DNA of 27,366 nt from a virus (IMGVR_UViG_3300038315_000197:1-27366); one strand, 5' to 3'; shown: positions 10,801 through 19,562, counted from the first letter of the stretch. Notes: a model not told the origin generated them from the letters alone. Numbers and translations are program-made.

Positions 10801-13800
10801 TACCTTTAACATTTAATAAAGGTGCATCCCCCTTCCGAACAGTAAGATCAACCACCGTCCCTATTTTCGCTGATGCTCTCTGATAATTGGTGGTTACACC
10901 AGTATTCCTCACATCAGTCTTGTTTATAAAGAAATTAGGGGAAGGGATATCTTCGTCCATTTTTGCTATATATGCTTCTTCTAGCGCTTCTGCTCCTTCC
11001 GGAGTTTCTGTTGGTGTAAATACTCTGGGATCAGGAATCTCTAACGCAGAAATCATTTCATCCATCGTCACATTATCTAGATGGAGTGTATCTTTCTTAC
11101 CGAAGGGTGTACCTTTTACCTCAACATTTAATCCAGTTTTTATATTAAATTCCATTGACACCATCTGCAGTGTCCACATAGGAATATTTTTTATACCTTT
11201 GAACTTTGTTTTAAGAAAATCTAGGCGCTCCCTCACACTATTTTTTACAGTCTCATTATGGAACTGCTGTGAGAATTCAATATCATTAGAATCATAAGCA
11301 ACCAATAACTTAGTGGTGGGATCATAAATAGTATAATTACCAGATTTAGATACATAAAAATTCTTCTTCTCTCTTTCAATTGTTTCAGGTTTTAACTTCT
11401 TTGGTTTGCCTGTTTCTTCATCTATCTTTGTGCTTTCGCCCGGATTTCTTAATCCTTTCGATTTTCTTCTCTCTAAAATCTCGCGCTTTACCCTAATTAC
11501 CCAATCCGGCTCTTGCGTGAGTTTCTTATACTGAGGAAGCAATTCTTTTGTATACTTCTTTGTTGTTTCCTCATCGACAAATGTTAGACGAGGGCTTCCG
11601 TACCAATCAACACCCTTTCCTTTTTTAGCCCCAATAGCATCCAGTTGTGTTGCTTTAGATGGAAAGCGGCTCTCGAACTCTGCTTTCGGAAGAACCCATA
11701 CCTTGACACGCCCCCTAGAATCTTTCTTTGTTGGATGTGCTGGATCTACTCGTGCCTGTAGAAAAAGTTCAAGTTTTCTCTTCAGTTGATTATCAATAAA
11801 TTCATTAACTGATTCCTGAGCAGTCTTTTTTGTTAAGTAATTGGATTCTGCATCCCCATGCCACATCTGATCTTCATCAATATCAGCAGCGTAGTCTTTG
11901 TACTCAGAAGAGTCAGTTATAACAAGAGTTTCATCTTTATATCCAACTTCACCGGCCTCAACCTTTTCAGGTCCATACTTACCTACAGTAACTTTAAGTT
12001 CACCGGGAAGACCCAATGTTTCCCCAGCTAACTTCCTCTCCTCCAACCTTCCACCTACACGGGCAGTTACCTCCACAAGGGCTTCTATAGGTATTATGTT
12101 ATCTCGTATATTGGCAATTTCTTCATCAGTGACTATGTACTTATCAGATCTCTTCTTTAACTCATCATACACAGACTTCGTTTTTAGGGGGTACTTTGGA
12201 CCAGTTGCCCAGTAACCCACCCTCTCAACTTCCTTTCCTTCTCTACGTTGACGCTCTTGCCTAGCCTTAACATCGGGAGACGCCTCCTCTTCCACAAAGT
12301 AGCGAGTAGTCTCAACTGGTATAGGTGGAGAAACTTGAGATGCAACGTACCCAATGTAATCTTTGTTTAGTTCTACAAATGGTATCCATTTACCATCAGG
12401 AGTTTCAAAGAATGATCTGATTAATCTGGCATCAGCCTCTGCTCTAGAAAGTTTTTCCTTGGCATCTTCTAGAACTGCAGTGAGATAGTCTCTATAAAGA
12501 GTTTTATCTTTCCAGTCTTGGTATTTTTGCCTCCAATTCTTTCTGATTTCTTCTTGTCTTTTTTTGGATATTGGTTTTGGTGGCTTTCTATCGGCGGCCT
12601 CTTGGAACTCACGCTGACGATCCAACTCTTTTCTATTTCTAATCCAAGGTGGTAATCCCTTTATTAGAACATGCTCACTCCATAATTCTTCACCTATATA
12701 ATTTTTTGCAGCAAGAAACAGGTTGTCTTTAGAAGGAAGTGATTTAAGATTTAAATCTTTAAATGTGACTCCAGCCCCTTTAATTATTGCCCACAATTCC
12801 TTTTGTTTTATATATTTTTTATCTATCTTAGCCATAGCCCGAGCAAGTGTTCTTTTACTCTTGGCTACTCTTGCCTCTTCTTTTTGTGCTGCTTCCTCAA
12901 CTGCTACCTCTTTCTTGGATAACTTTCTTACACCAACGAGAGTGTCTGCTCCTGTTCTTGTCTCAGGTTTCTCAACCGTGGTGTATTTAGTTGTGACTTT
13001 AGATTCACGAGTTGGCCCCGGGGCATCTTCCCCCGCTCCTTTTCTTTCGGCTGCCTCTGTTGGGGTTTCACCCCTTCCTCTTACCTGTCGGAAGGTTGGA
13101 CGAGGTTTGGTTACTCCGGTTACTAAAGCAGTTAACTCTGCTTTAGCTTCAAGTCCTCTCTCCTCTAGTGCTGGATTTTCCTCTAAAGCCCTCGCAACCT
13201 TACGTTTAGCGTCCTCGTATTCTGGGTGTCCATCTGGACTCTTATTGTCCACTCCAAACGAATGCTCAAAATCAGCCATTATTGCAAGGTTTAATTCCAA
13301 ATCTGCAGGACCAACAATTTTTGCATAGTCTTCAATGGTTGGATTTTCTAGATCATTCCATTTATCATTTGCCCGTACCCGTGCCTTCTTCAGTGCAGCA
13401 AGACGCCGATTAATATCTTTTCTTATTGCATAGTATTCAGGTTTCCTGATTAGGAGTGATGGTTCTTTCGGAACATCTGGTACAACGGGTTCCCTTCTCC
13501 ATGCATCTATAGAATCTTGGATTTCTGTTACAGTTCTCTTAGATAGACCAAGACCCTCCCCGCCACGCTCTTCTCTATCCAACCGCGCTGATGCAAGATC
13601 AGCCATATCGAGTTTCATAAGAACTCCATTCAACTCATCAGCAACATCTTCCCCGGCCCTTCTTCGTGCCTCCAAAGCAACAGATTTTCTATGTAAAATT
13701 CTATAATCAAAATCCGCTTGAACTTGATTTTTACTTTGACTTCTTCTGGCTTCTCCGGGTACATCTCCTACAGGCGTGACTGTACGTGCGGCTTCTCTGG

Positions 13801-15052
13801 CCGCGTCTTCTAATCCTATCTCTGTAACACCAAATGTGGGGACGGCTCGTCCGGGCTTAGGTTCCGTTACTGTACGAGTTCCCGCTAATACATCCGCAGC
13901 CTCTGTGCTAAGAGAATCTGCGTATGCTCTTTTAAATCTTTCGAATCCTTCTGGATCGGCTTCTCTTCTGTCTATGGGCCAGAGACCCTCAGCTAATTCA
14001 GTTACTGTTGCTCCTTCTGTAGATCTAAAGCCGGGTCTTCTAGGGGGAGTAGGTGGTCCGGGGACTTCCTCGAGTGGGTTAGGAAGATCTGTGGCTGGTC
14101 CAGCGACGGGCGGAGTAGTAATCCTCCCGCTCATAACGCCGGGTATCCAACCTAGTACGGCACCCAGTAATCCACCAGTTGCGGCAGACTCAGTGAGTTC
14201 CTCTCTCTGCCACTCGGTATACTCAGCAAAGAGACCCTCTCCCTTGATGTAGTTAACTGCATTGTTCTCGATGTGATTCTGCAGTCGTTCAGTAAAGCCT
14301 TCAACAGCAGCATATTCCATAGCACTCAGGAAACCCTTAGCTACTGCATTATCAGTGCCAAGTTTTCTACCAAACCATACACCAAACGAACGTCCATGTC
14401 CCTTGAACATTAAGAATCGTCCGGGGTTAACCGCATCGAGTGAGCCAGCGATCAAACCAGCAAAAGCAGTTACTCCGGGTTTGCTCTCTCCCGATTCGAT
14501 AAGAGCACTGGAATAAATCTCACCAGTATTAAGTAAGGCGCTGGTAGCTAATGTTCCAGCAGTAGCCCCTACTCTCCAACCTGCACGGCCACCAAATCCA
14601 AGACCCGGTATCACCCCAGCCGGACCTCCGGTAAGCGCACCTGCGGCTGCTCCAACTGCAGCACCAGCCAAAGCACCCATTGCCTGTACAGCAAGTATAG
14701 GAGCCTGATTAGCTATCGCATTAATTCCCCATAACGCATATGCGCCGGGACTTCCCAGTTCCTGTGCTTCCTTAAAGGTATGCGGTCCCTTATACTGCGC
14801 TTCAAGATCAGCCACATCATAGGACATTTCCTTGATCGTATTTCTAGATTTATCCCTCCAATCTAGAGCGAGATCATCAAAGCCAGCCTTTTCAAATAGA
14901 GACGCACCAGCCCCCTGAAACCACGCGGGTACAGTGTGTAACTGTTTTTGTCCTATCTCAAATGATAAACCAAAATCACCGCGCTCCTCTTGTTGTGGAA
15001 CTTGTGTAGTTGGCGGACTCCATCTTTGTGGTAGCGTCGGAACGATAGCCAT
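4865..15052 (-). CDS. Giant polyvalent internal-virion/ejection protein, 3395 aa (N-terminal Gly/Ala hydrophobic region, zincin metallopeptidase-like domain, LPD38-like C-terminus)
   Basis: Uninterrupted ORF. Contains a GALAGAAVGAAAGALTGG Gly-zipper, VWLVSDNL...VTHEIGAHG...EETFGY, and LTVDFSKRG...LYLFFRAG...VPLPYGFG...ELGLNENWMGNPI. It lies at the end of the virion module. Confidence 0.8.
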   Translation of the reverse strand: MAIVPTLPQRWSPPTTQVPQQEERGDFGLSFEIGQKQLHTVPAWFQGAGASLFEKAGFDDLALDWRDKSRNTIKEMSYDVADLEAQYKGPHTFKEAQELGSPGAYALWGINAIANQAPILAVQAMGALAGAAVGAAAGALTGGPAGVIPGLGFGGRAGWRVGATAGTLATSALLNTGEIYSSALIESGESKPGVTAFAGLIAGSLDAVNPGRFLMFKGHGRSFGVWFGRKLGTDNAVAKGFLSAMEYAAVEGFTERLQNHIENNAVNYIKGEGLFAEYTEWQREELTESAATGGLLGAVLGWIPGVMSGRITTPPVAGPATDLPNPLEEVPGPPTPPRRPGFRSTEGATVTELAEGLWPIDRREADPEGFERFKRAYADSLSTEAADVLAGTRTVTEPKPGRAVPTFGVTEIGLEDAAREAARTVTPVGDVPGEARRSQSKNQVQADFDYRILHRKSVALEARRRAGEDVADELNGVLMKLDMADLASARLDREERGGEGLGLSKRTVTEIQDSIDAWRREPVVPDVPKEPSLLIRKPEYYAIRKDINRRLAALKKARVRANDKWNDLENPTIEDYAKIVGPADLELNLAIMADFEHSFGVDNKSPDGHPEYEDAKRKVARALEENPALEERGLEAKAELTALVTGVTKPRPTFRQVRGRGETPTEAAERKGAGEDAPGPTRESKVTTKYTTVEKPETRTGADTLVGVRKLSKKEVAVEEAAQKEEARVAKSKRTLARAMAKIDKKYIKQKELWAIIKGAGVTFKDLNLKSLPSKDNLFLAAKNYIGEELWSEHVLIKGLPPWIRNRKELDRQREFQEAADRKPPKPISKKRQEEIRKNWRQKYQDWKDKTLYRDYLTAVLEDAKEKLSRAEADARLIRSFFETPDGKWIPFVELNKDYIGYVASQVSPPIPVETTRYFVEEEASPDVKARQERQRREGKEVERVGYWATGPKYPLKTKSVYDELKKRSDKYIVTDEEIANIRDNIIPIEALVEVTARVGGRLEERKLAGETLGLPGELKVTVGKYGPEKVEAGEVGYKDETLVITDSSEYKDYAADIDEDQMWHGDAESNYLTKKTAQESVNEFIDNQLKRKLELFLQARVDPAHPTKKDSRGRVKVWVLPKAEFESRFPSKATQLDAIGAKKGKGVDWYGSPRLTFVDEETTKKYTKELLPQYKKLTQEPDWVIRVKREILERRKSKGLRNPGESTKIDEETGKPKKLKPETIEREKKNFYVSKSGNYTIYDPTTKLLVAYDSNDIEFSQQFHNETVKNSVRERLDFLKTKFKGIKNIPMWTLQMVSMEFNIKTGLNVEVKGTPFGKKDTLHLDNVTMDEMISALEIPDPRVFTPTETPEGAEALEEAYIAKMDEDIPSPNFFINKTDVRNTGVTTNYQRASAKIGTVVDLTVRKGDAPLLNVKGKIINWVPAQYSAVNDMSAKQIEAANKNGLQKVELLDTARLPEVKKGKRSARIEEGKAFRAEIGPRDKDLPYEGFGWDRDLGSKKTLTREERGEIQKGLFAFRTYYKTSPEMIEVVTSGGRKYRFDKDNIVYMSPRSAETFNPKSDRVIPPVEKIYEHIRKNSIQRDESAGDFLARISEPKYTEDDVYIPGTAAGTEEIFVGTKVYKVIKGETHYNKVYTVSEVSATGRVRLESELGVTRRLLPDIDVVVPEEDFTKTGKLRKRTIKRKGEVEDVDYGWFTRGEVAVFNPSQVEIARQRPPRAEILTGPSTEAKIEWLEKKFGTQRPLLKTVSIKEVGLGNAVKLQVRAFKRSLARGIPQWTLKKDADVLLLVPDYKFIDQKVSPKTFRISGVGTRYITLHDVALGQDVLKVSANLLAGKSLNSQASIDAVEAEIDARNAEQPMGAALIRGQADFQATLDESPWMFVEEEKFKVTDADRRVPKGDLVGGERRAGQYQSAPTARWTNAYGVVINEIYIDDPGKSYTSDGTEVNRIPVYQIYNPWGVDQLEMHSERLTLEEAMKAYGNKKFYEGMNPGNWHVAQLQKKREADGIPTPEGMRGTRKLPELAPYGQQVITDTHADLPFDKLQEALKRNRQMFGPLIAELEAWSQLMEKYPNLGKRNKYGEVFIPVALRREMADHGYKNLRELFEDLKNTVAKEYNDATTIAYSSVKKDEINFSVEADSIVSEDGSIVILDRDQVKKRGITPDELSGILVEAFGEGIRNILHIVRYQQELPVKFHRAARIRGVSHNNEVWLVSDNLPRQYVVPVVTHEIGAHGMQAIIGKKAYGQLLDIVGKMSATDPAMKHAMDEARKALKKTTPDASEALVLEETFGYYVEHNTPENTSFWRTLLDHIVAGFARLKLMVMPNLVTATDLIALAKTAVRMHTKHAENSKDSVYVANWLNQPLYMASESDWHRAIDTDPVVEAVTGSKFFPDWMREALGTSGLGNILKVDWYPNTREIRKGKKFTVWVPGKGRVGFGIGPTMEKWIIDVDTPIHKLVNVLEERFGVKISIKANPSERAAALRMKNVYDIDQLQKNYIKPMWDFLKSVGVKGRAKIEDFHWYLYLTHAPYRNATFFKRSPKKGKYQSGLAGRMINGVLVDDVPLNPDGTRNEEIPLISEKWKELEARLQIIEDKGGPTVAQQMENFAKAATYVYAINNFRLSHMLEWGLIDQATINKWTKDPNFSKTYVPLRGEAIGFIDELFGEPLSVAELNVAGPESKRAVGRKSPAQNVIAWSVLQAQNTIKRANKNQVVATMARLVHELQYVVDPITGAKQRAFVDEMVVVKRDDFKEGKGIDPETGEPFLGLYPKYFQDPDHVATFKENGEEWMILMKEKQIGQALNRSAFDTAGQTMRGLAYTTRIMGALRTAWDLAFIPTNFTRDLATAIFNIEGFRETTKGTRLDLSDMSSKQIVKDIPKAMKGLWLNIRGETQEERTSTEFARLAELAASVGGRIDFAGWKNVQDFEKTMQKVLSDGTRDGFRKYADALGTYVSDMNSIVENATRLAAFKQVREQYIKNGMSESEATTRAGRVYRELTVDFSKRGEKTMAWNSLYLFFRAGVLGSARVISTLGRSRRVRNLMKGVFLMGFTQSMLNYFAAGDDEDGRNRWLQIRLNQKSRYMYVYVPGLDYFQKVPLPYGFGVFYVYGDAFATMLLGGATFPQVAGHMVSSTMESYMPISLGNSDSFIKSTLKTATPTLASPLIELGLNENWMGNPIYREPYPNGRVDPPSERYWNSTGPTAKWISKWVNKMTGGTEFKEGMVSVEPDILEHLWEFATGGLGRFVRGTLDTGVALVGPGKMTHWETGDIDWRKIPVLYRYFHDETVTRRWDIRTKDMEYGRAIDTAVDIRDSIKTKYGVSSEEYIGYAKSEDFELAKLQKTWRRKEAREADLYKRIAGIDRSRLMSNKAKEEKTRQLREQIRLGRVKFIKFFEGRI

Positions 15053-15055
15053 AAT

Positions 15056-16057
15056 CTAGATTCTCATAGCAGATTGTACTTGTGTGATTAGTTTTCTATC
15101 TGAATCCGATAGCTGGTTAAATATCTCCTGTAATGATTCTATTACGTCAGCGCGTTTTGTTGTTTTTGTTTCTTCTAGGTATTGCTGCCAATACTGCTGA
15201 CCAGCAGGTGACAATTGAGATACATATCTCTGCATAGCCTCTTCTTCTGCTACTTCAGCATCCTCTTTAACACTTCTACCACCAATCCCTCTTGGACCCG
15301 GTGTAGTTCTTCCTTCAAATTCCCCGGCTGTTCCGGGGACTCTTTGAGCCACCCCCGGGGTTGTTGCTGTTTCTCTTCTAGATCCTTCACGAGGATTGAA
15401 TCTTTGTGTTCCTTGAGACGCTTGACTTATAAGACCCGGATCTAATTCCTCATCTGTCATTCCTATTACAGATGTTGGTTTACTAGGAGCAGCGAGAGCC
15501 TCTCTAAGTTGCTCCGCAAATTGACTTCTAGCTTCTTTATTTCCAACGAGGTCCGGGTAATTGTCTTTCAGTACTCGATCTATCTCTGTATCAAATTCTA
15601 ATGGAGTTTTCCCTTTGGCAATCATTTCTTTCCAATCTTCTACAGCAGACTTGTTTCGTGAAATGATATCTAAGGCACCTGCCTGAAACGCATACTGTAT
15701 CTTACCTCCCCCACCACCCGGGGCAATGGCTCCTAGAGCAGCATATGCTTCATTCCTTCTAATTTCTGCCTCTCGAAATCTTGTCATGAGCGACTCGGAT
15801 ACCGTATCCTCCTCATTAACAAGCGCTTCTTCAGCATCTATAACTGCCTCAAGAACTGTTTCATAATCACGATCAGTTTGCCCTGCTATCTTTATCTGAA
15901 GATCCCACATCCTTTCCTGCTGTTTGAGTTCTCCAGCCTTTCTAGCTGCTTCTTTAGTAGCGGCTTCCTTGTACATCACCCCACCGATATCAGCCTGTCT
16001 AACTAATCCTTCAGAAAGGGAACCCAATGCTCTTGAGATTTTTTCTCCTTTTGCCAT
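15056..16057 (-). CDS. Probable internal virion/ejection protein, 333 aa
   Basis: Helical, charged and Cys-free. TAATG-coupled to the upstream gene and directly precedes the giant protein. Confidence 0.6.
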   Translation of the reverse strand: MAKGEKISRALGSLSEGLVRQADIGGVMYKEAATKEAARKAGELKQQERMWDLQIKIAGQTDRDYETVLEAVIDAEEALVNEEDTVSESLMTRFREAEIRRNEAYAALGAIAPGGGGGKIQYAFQAGALDIISRNKSAVEDWKEMIAKGKTPLEFDTEIDRVLKDNYPDLVGNKEARSQFAEQLREALAAPSKPTSVIGMTDEELDPGLISQASQGTQRFNPREGSRRETATTPGVAQRVPGTAGEFEGRTTPGPRGIGGRSVKEDAEVAEEEAMQRYVSQLSPAGQQYWQQYLEETKTTKRADVIESLQEIFNQLSDSDRKLITQVQSAMRI

Positions 16058-16671
16058 TAGACTGCCTCCGTTTCAGGGGCCACTTGTACACCCATCTTTC
16101 TAACTGCCTCTTGTTGTGGGTAACCACCCTTTAGCGCTGATGAGGCTAGTTGCATCAAACCTTGTGGATTCATATTAGGATCGCCCATCTCTCCATATTT
16201 CTGGACAGCGTATATAAGGGCTTCTCCCTGATCATTCTCTTGCTGTTTCTCTCCTGTAGCCTTGTACGAACCTTCGTCTGCAGCAAGTTCAAATAGTTCG
16301 TTGACAACTTCAGCGCCAATTCCAAAAAGAATATCTCGAGATACAGGAGCCTCAGCCTTATCTGCTGCCATGACTTCCCTGTTTACCATTCTCCCTGCTA
16401 TGTCTCCCACTACTTTGGGAATTTGATCTGCGCTAGTTCCTTTTATTTTCTCTACTATGGCGTTATAACCCTCGTCCCAGATAAAATCTTTGAGAGTACC
16501 AAGAAGCATATCAACTTGCTTTTCTTCCTCTGGAGTTAAATCGGGCATGTTATCTACCGTTTCAGCCTCAACAGGCACCGACTCAGTATTTAAAACTGCA
16601 CCCTCTGTTTCATCCGGAACTGTCCTACCCGGCGGGATTGGAAGTCCTCTAGCTTGTGGTTTCTCTGGCAT
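16057..16671 (-). CDS. Acidic hypothetical virion-module protein, 204 aa
   Basis: TAATG overlaps at both ends; helical acidic sequence. Confidence 0.7.
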   Translation of the reverse strand: MPEKPQARGLPIPPGRTVPDETEGAVLNTESVPVEAETVDNMPDLTPEEEKQVDMLLGTLKDFIWDEGYNAIVEKIKGTSADQIPKVVGDIAGRMVNREVMAADKAEAPVSRDILFGIGAEVVNELFELAADEGSYKATGEKQQENDQGEALIYAVQKYGEMGDPNMNPQGLMQLASSALKGGYPQQEAVRKMGVQVAPETEAV

Positions 16672-17393
16672 TATGTAAGCCTCTTTTGAGTGCCTTGGGT
16701 TATTAAACCGGGCCTACCAGAAGAAAGTGCTGAAGAGCCTTGACCGCTGTACGCAGTTGACCTTGGTGCGCTTGACATAAGATTCCTAGTACTGCTTCTT
16801 CCGAATGTAGGCTCTGAAATACTCTGTTGTAAAGCACCCGGAGCAAACTCGGCCAATGGATCTGTCATCGGAGCAATACCTGAAGAGTGCTTTTGAATAC
16901 CTTCTACTAATCTTTGGTGCTTCTTCTCTGCTTTTTCTTCTTCAAGTTCAGCCTCTGTAGGCTCTAGGTAACCAGCAACCATTTTGGCTCCTGTAGCAAA
17001 CATATTCATCTTGGTCATATACATGAGGGCATCTGCCGTAGTCATGTTTTTATCACTAGCTTTTCCAACATAGTCACCGACTATCTTTCCAGTGGTCATC
17101 GTTTTTCCACCAACAACATCAGGAACCCACCTTGCTTTTTGTGTCCCAAATGATCCGGGCATAAAGAAGTTACCTATCCCCTGACCTATTGTTGTCAATC
17201 CTCTTGTAAAATTTCCCGTACTGAATAAACTTCCACTGCCAAGAGTTCCTAAACTGTGCGCTCCTAGCGCAGAGACTCCAGCCCAAACAGCAGCAGCCAA
17301 TATAAGATAGGGTCCAATCTTCTTGATTGCCTTTTTCAGTCCTTTCCCTATCTTCGAGACTGCCCTTCCTATAGATTTAACAATACCGCCCAT
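16671..17393 (-). CDS. Probable DNA-ejection (pilot-like) protein, 240 aa
   Basis: Basic amphipathic N-terminus GIVKSIGRAVSKIGKGLKKAIKKIG, then hydrophobic PYLILAAAVWAGVSALGA and Gly-rich sequence. It follows the GNAT gene, as in podovirus ejection modules. Confidence 0.65.
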   Translation of the reverse strand: MGGIVKSIGRAVSKIGKGLKKAIKKIGPYLILAAAVWAGVSALGAHSLGTLGSGSLFSTGNFTRGLTTIGQGIGNFFMPGSFGTQKARWVPDVVGGKTMTTGKIVGDYVGKASDKNMTTADALMYMTKMNMFATGAKMVAGYLEPTEAELEEEKAEKKHQRLVEGIQKHSSGIAPMTDPLAEFAPGALQQSISEPTFGRSSTRNLMSSAPRSTAYSGQGSSALSSGRPGLITQGTQKRLT

Positions 17394-17396
17394 AAT

Positions 17397-17852
17397 CTAC
17401 TCCTGTGGAATAACATAGTTTTCACCGATGCGTATAGCACCCATGTGTTCATACAGTGTTTTAGTTCTGTCAACATCATCCAGACCAGAACTTATACCTA
17501 GCATAATTTCTTTTACGCCCGGATTTTCTTTTGACCAACTTATAAATCGCCTCATTAACTTTGTCCCCCATCCATCCTTTCTAACAGAGCGACTCACATA
17601 AAAAAATAAATCAGTTGCCTGTTTTTTTCTTGAATACCACAACTGATGCGTAACTCCAATAATAATGCCACGGATCTCATCTTCCAGATCAACAACTAAA
17701 ACCAAATGTTCGGCAGACAAGATACACACCTGCACATTTTTGCGCAAAATTTTTACATCGATAGGAGCCGTAGTTATTACAGACTCTTCATGACCCTCTT
17801 TGCAGAGACCAACTATTTTAGATAAATCTTTGTGCTCCGCATTCCGTATCAT
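17397..17852 (-). CDS. GNAT-family acetyltransferase-like protein
   Basis: MIRNAEHKDL start; FFYVSRSVRKDGWGTKLM (acetyl-CoA-binding motif A); LYEHMG near the C-terminus. Confidence 0.85.
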   Translation of the reverse strand: MIRNAEHKDLSKIVGLCKEGHEESVITTAPIDVKILRKNVQVCILSAEHLVLVVDLEDEIRGIIIGVTHQLWYSRKKQATDLFFYVSRSVRKDGWGTKLMRRFISWSKENPGVKEIMLGISSGLDDVDRTKTLYEHMGAIRIGENYVIPQE

Positions 17853-17861
17853 AAGTTCAGA

Positions 17862-19559
17862 TTATTTCGCCCCACCAACAAGCCTCAAGTATTCAGCCCA
17901 TTTTGCTGGATCTGCATCTTCACCAGCCATCATGCTGACAAGACCAGTTAGTCTAGATCTGTAACCTGCACCCTGTTCAGTGAGCAACGCCCTGCTCATT
18001 GCCCCACCTTCTGTTAATTGTCTTAATATAATTTCAGTAGCATACTGCATCTGCTTGAGGAAACGCTCTCTAGCCATTTCATGATTTATTTGTCCAGCTT
18101 GAAATAACCTCTGAGTATCTTCTTTAAGAATATCCATAGATAGATTTACAATGGTCTGTAATGCAGCCCCACTAGCCATTGAACTATTTGCAATTCCTCT
18201 CTTTTGAAAATCTTGTAGTATCTTTGTGCTTGCAGCTTTGAATAATGCAGTGTTAGTATTAATCATTTTTGGAAGTTGCGCTCTAATGGACATGTCATCC
18301 GTCATTTCGAATACTGGCATAACCATGTCTGCGTAACCTTCTGTAAAATTAAACCCTCCAATATTAGTTGGGTTGTAACCGCCTTTATTATCTGTGTTGC
18401 CTGTCGATGGTCCTGTTTTCTTAGAACCTCCCCCTTCCTGAACCTTGGCTTCATTTAAGTAATCAACGTAGGCTTGCCAACTGTCTTCACCACCACCGCT
18501 CTTAAATTCTCCAAATGATTTGGTATTAGAAGGTCTGTTGGCCTCTACGTTTGCTTCTAAATCCGCTCTTCTCTTTTCTGCATCTGTTCTCTTAGGATCG
18601 TTATACCATGCAACCGCACGCGCACCATTTTCGTGCCAATACAAATACCCCGGACCACCGTAGTCTACGCGAGGATCTCCTAGACCCTTTCTACCACCTG
18701 CGGCTGTGGTGTAATTTCCCTTACCCGGATCAGTCTCATGATAATTTCCGCGACTATTCCATAGTGAACCAGAATCACCACCATATAGACCTTCTTTGCC
18801 TCCTATGATGGAGGTGATTTTAGTAAAATCAAAATCTCCTGTTCCTGTTCCTGTTCCTGTTCCTGTTCCTGTTCCTGTTCCTGTTCCTGTGCCTGTTCCT
18901 GTTCCTGTTCCTGTTCCTGTTCCTGTTCCTGTTCCTGTTCCTATATTTCTAACATATTCCTCTCTATTCATTCCTGTGCCAGCCCATCCACCAAGACCTA
19001 AACCACCAGATTTTTTGAACCCGCTTTTATCTTCCGTTGTTCCGCCGCCCCCTATACCAAGTTTAATCCTTGGAGGACCGTCTTCTGACCTATCTGTTTT
19101 TCCTCCACCAACATATACTGAAGCTGGTTTTGGTTTATCATCCATATAAGCGGGCAATCCACCTGATGGGGTGCTTGGTTTCCAATCCCTATCCGCTCTG
19201 GTAGCACTAGGTTTGCTCGGAGCCGGGGTCTCATATGGGTCTTTCGTGGGAATGTTTCCAAAGTTGGGTTTTAATCTTTTGGCTGGCGTAACGCCCTTTC
19301 TATTGCCTCCCGGAGTATACGTGCGAGGAACCGTGTACATCCCTCCGCTGTCATCCAAGCTGAGAACGCCCCCCGGACCCCCCTGACTCTTGTTTGCTAA
19401 TCCGCTTCTATGGATATCTGCTTGTCTCAGCAAGCCTACTTCCTCCGGAGTTACATAAGCTAATTCTGTTGGTAGGCTAGTAGATTTAATTCCTCTAAAT
19501 TGTCTGGGAACTGTTACCCATTGGCTTCCTAAATCACTTGGTGGTCTTCGTCCTGCCAT
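17862..19559 (-). CDS. Probable internal virion/ejection protein with a Gly-Thr repeat, 565 aa
   Basis: N-terminal ELAYVTPEEVGLL...GPGG motif, low-complexity Gly/Pro middle, and helical C-terminus KRGIANSSMASGAA. No Cys. Confidence 0.65.
   Translation of the reverse strand: MAGRRPPSDLGSQWVTVPRQFRGIKSTSLPTELAYVTPEEVGLLRQADIHRSGLANKSQGGPGGVLSLDDSGGMYTVPRTYTPGGNRKGVTPAKRLKPNFGNIPTKDPYETPAPSKPSATRADRDWKPSTPSGGLPAYMDDKPKPASVYVGGGKTDRSEDGPPRIKLGIGGGGTTEDKSGFKKSGGLGLGGWAGTGMNREEYVRNIGTGTGTGTGTGTGTGTGTGTGTGTGTGTGTGTGTGDFDFTKITSIIGGKEGLYGGDSGSLWNSRGNYHETDPGKGNYTTAAGGRKGLGDPRVDYGGPGYLYWHENGARAVAWYNDPKRTDAEKRRADLEANVEANRPSNTKSFGEFKSGGGEDSWQAYVDYLNEAKVQEGGGSKKTGPSTGNTDNKGGYNPTNIGGFNFTEGYADMVMPVFEMTDDMSIRAQLPKMINTNTALFKAASTKILQDFQKRGIANSSMASGAALQTIVNLSMDILKEDTQRLFQAGQINHEMARERFLKQMQYATEIILRQLTEGGAMSRALLTEQGAGYRSRLTGLVSMMAGEDADPAKWAEYLRLVGGAK
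18837..18941 (-). repeat. 6-bp tandem repeat (GGAACA), 17.5 copies, encoding G(TG)17
   Basis: Reads TCCTGT repeats on the + strand, with a single variant unit GCCTGT at 18891-18896. Confidence 0.97.
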
Positions 19560-19562
19560 AAC

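Noticed and set aside
5360-14252. Numerous + strand ORFs of 66-201 aa opposite the giant gene
   Set aside because: Ser/Leu/Phe-rich antisense shadows with no motifs or SD support.
4865-15052. Giant protein as an N4-like virion RNA polymerase (similar size, Cys-free, DSRGRV resembles DxRGR)
   Set aside because: No recognisable polymerase motifs A, B or C in order. The zincin and LPD38-like signatures point to a polyvalent protein.
18837-18941. Repeat as a CRISPR array or DGR element
   Set aside because: It is a pure hexamer tandem with no spacers. No cas or reverse transcriptase gene, and no TR/VR pair, is visible.
18796-19149. + strand ORF with a (PV)n repeat
   Set aside because: It is the antisense shadow of the Gly-Thr microsatellite in the 565-aa gene.
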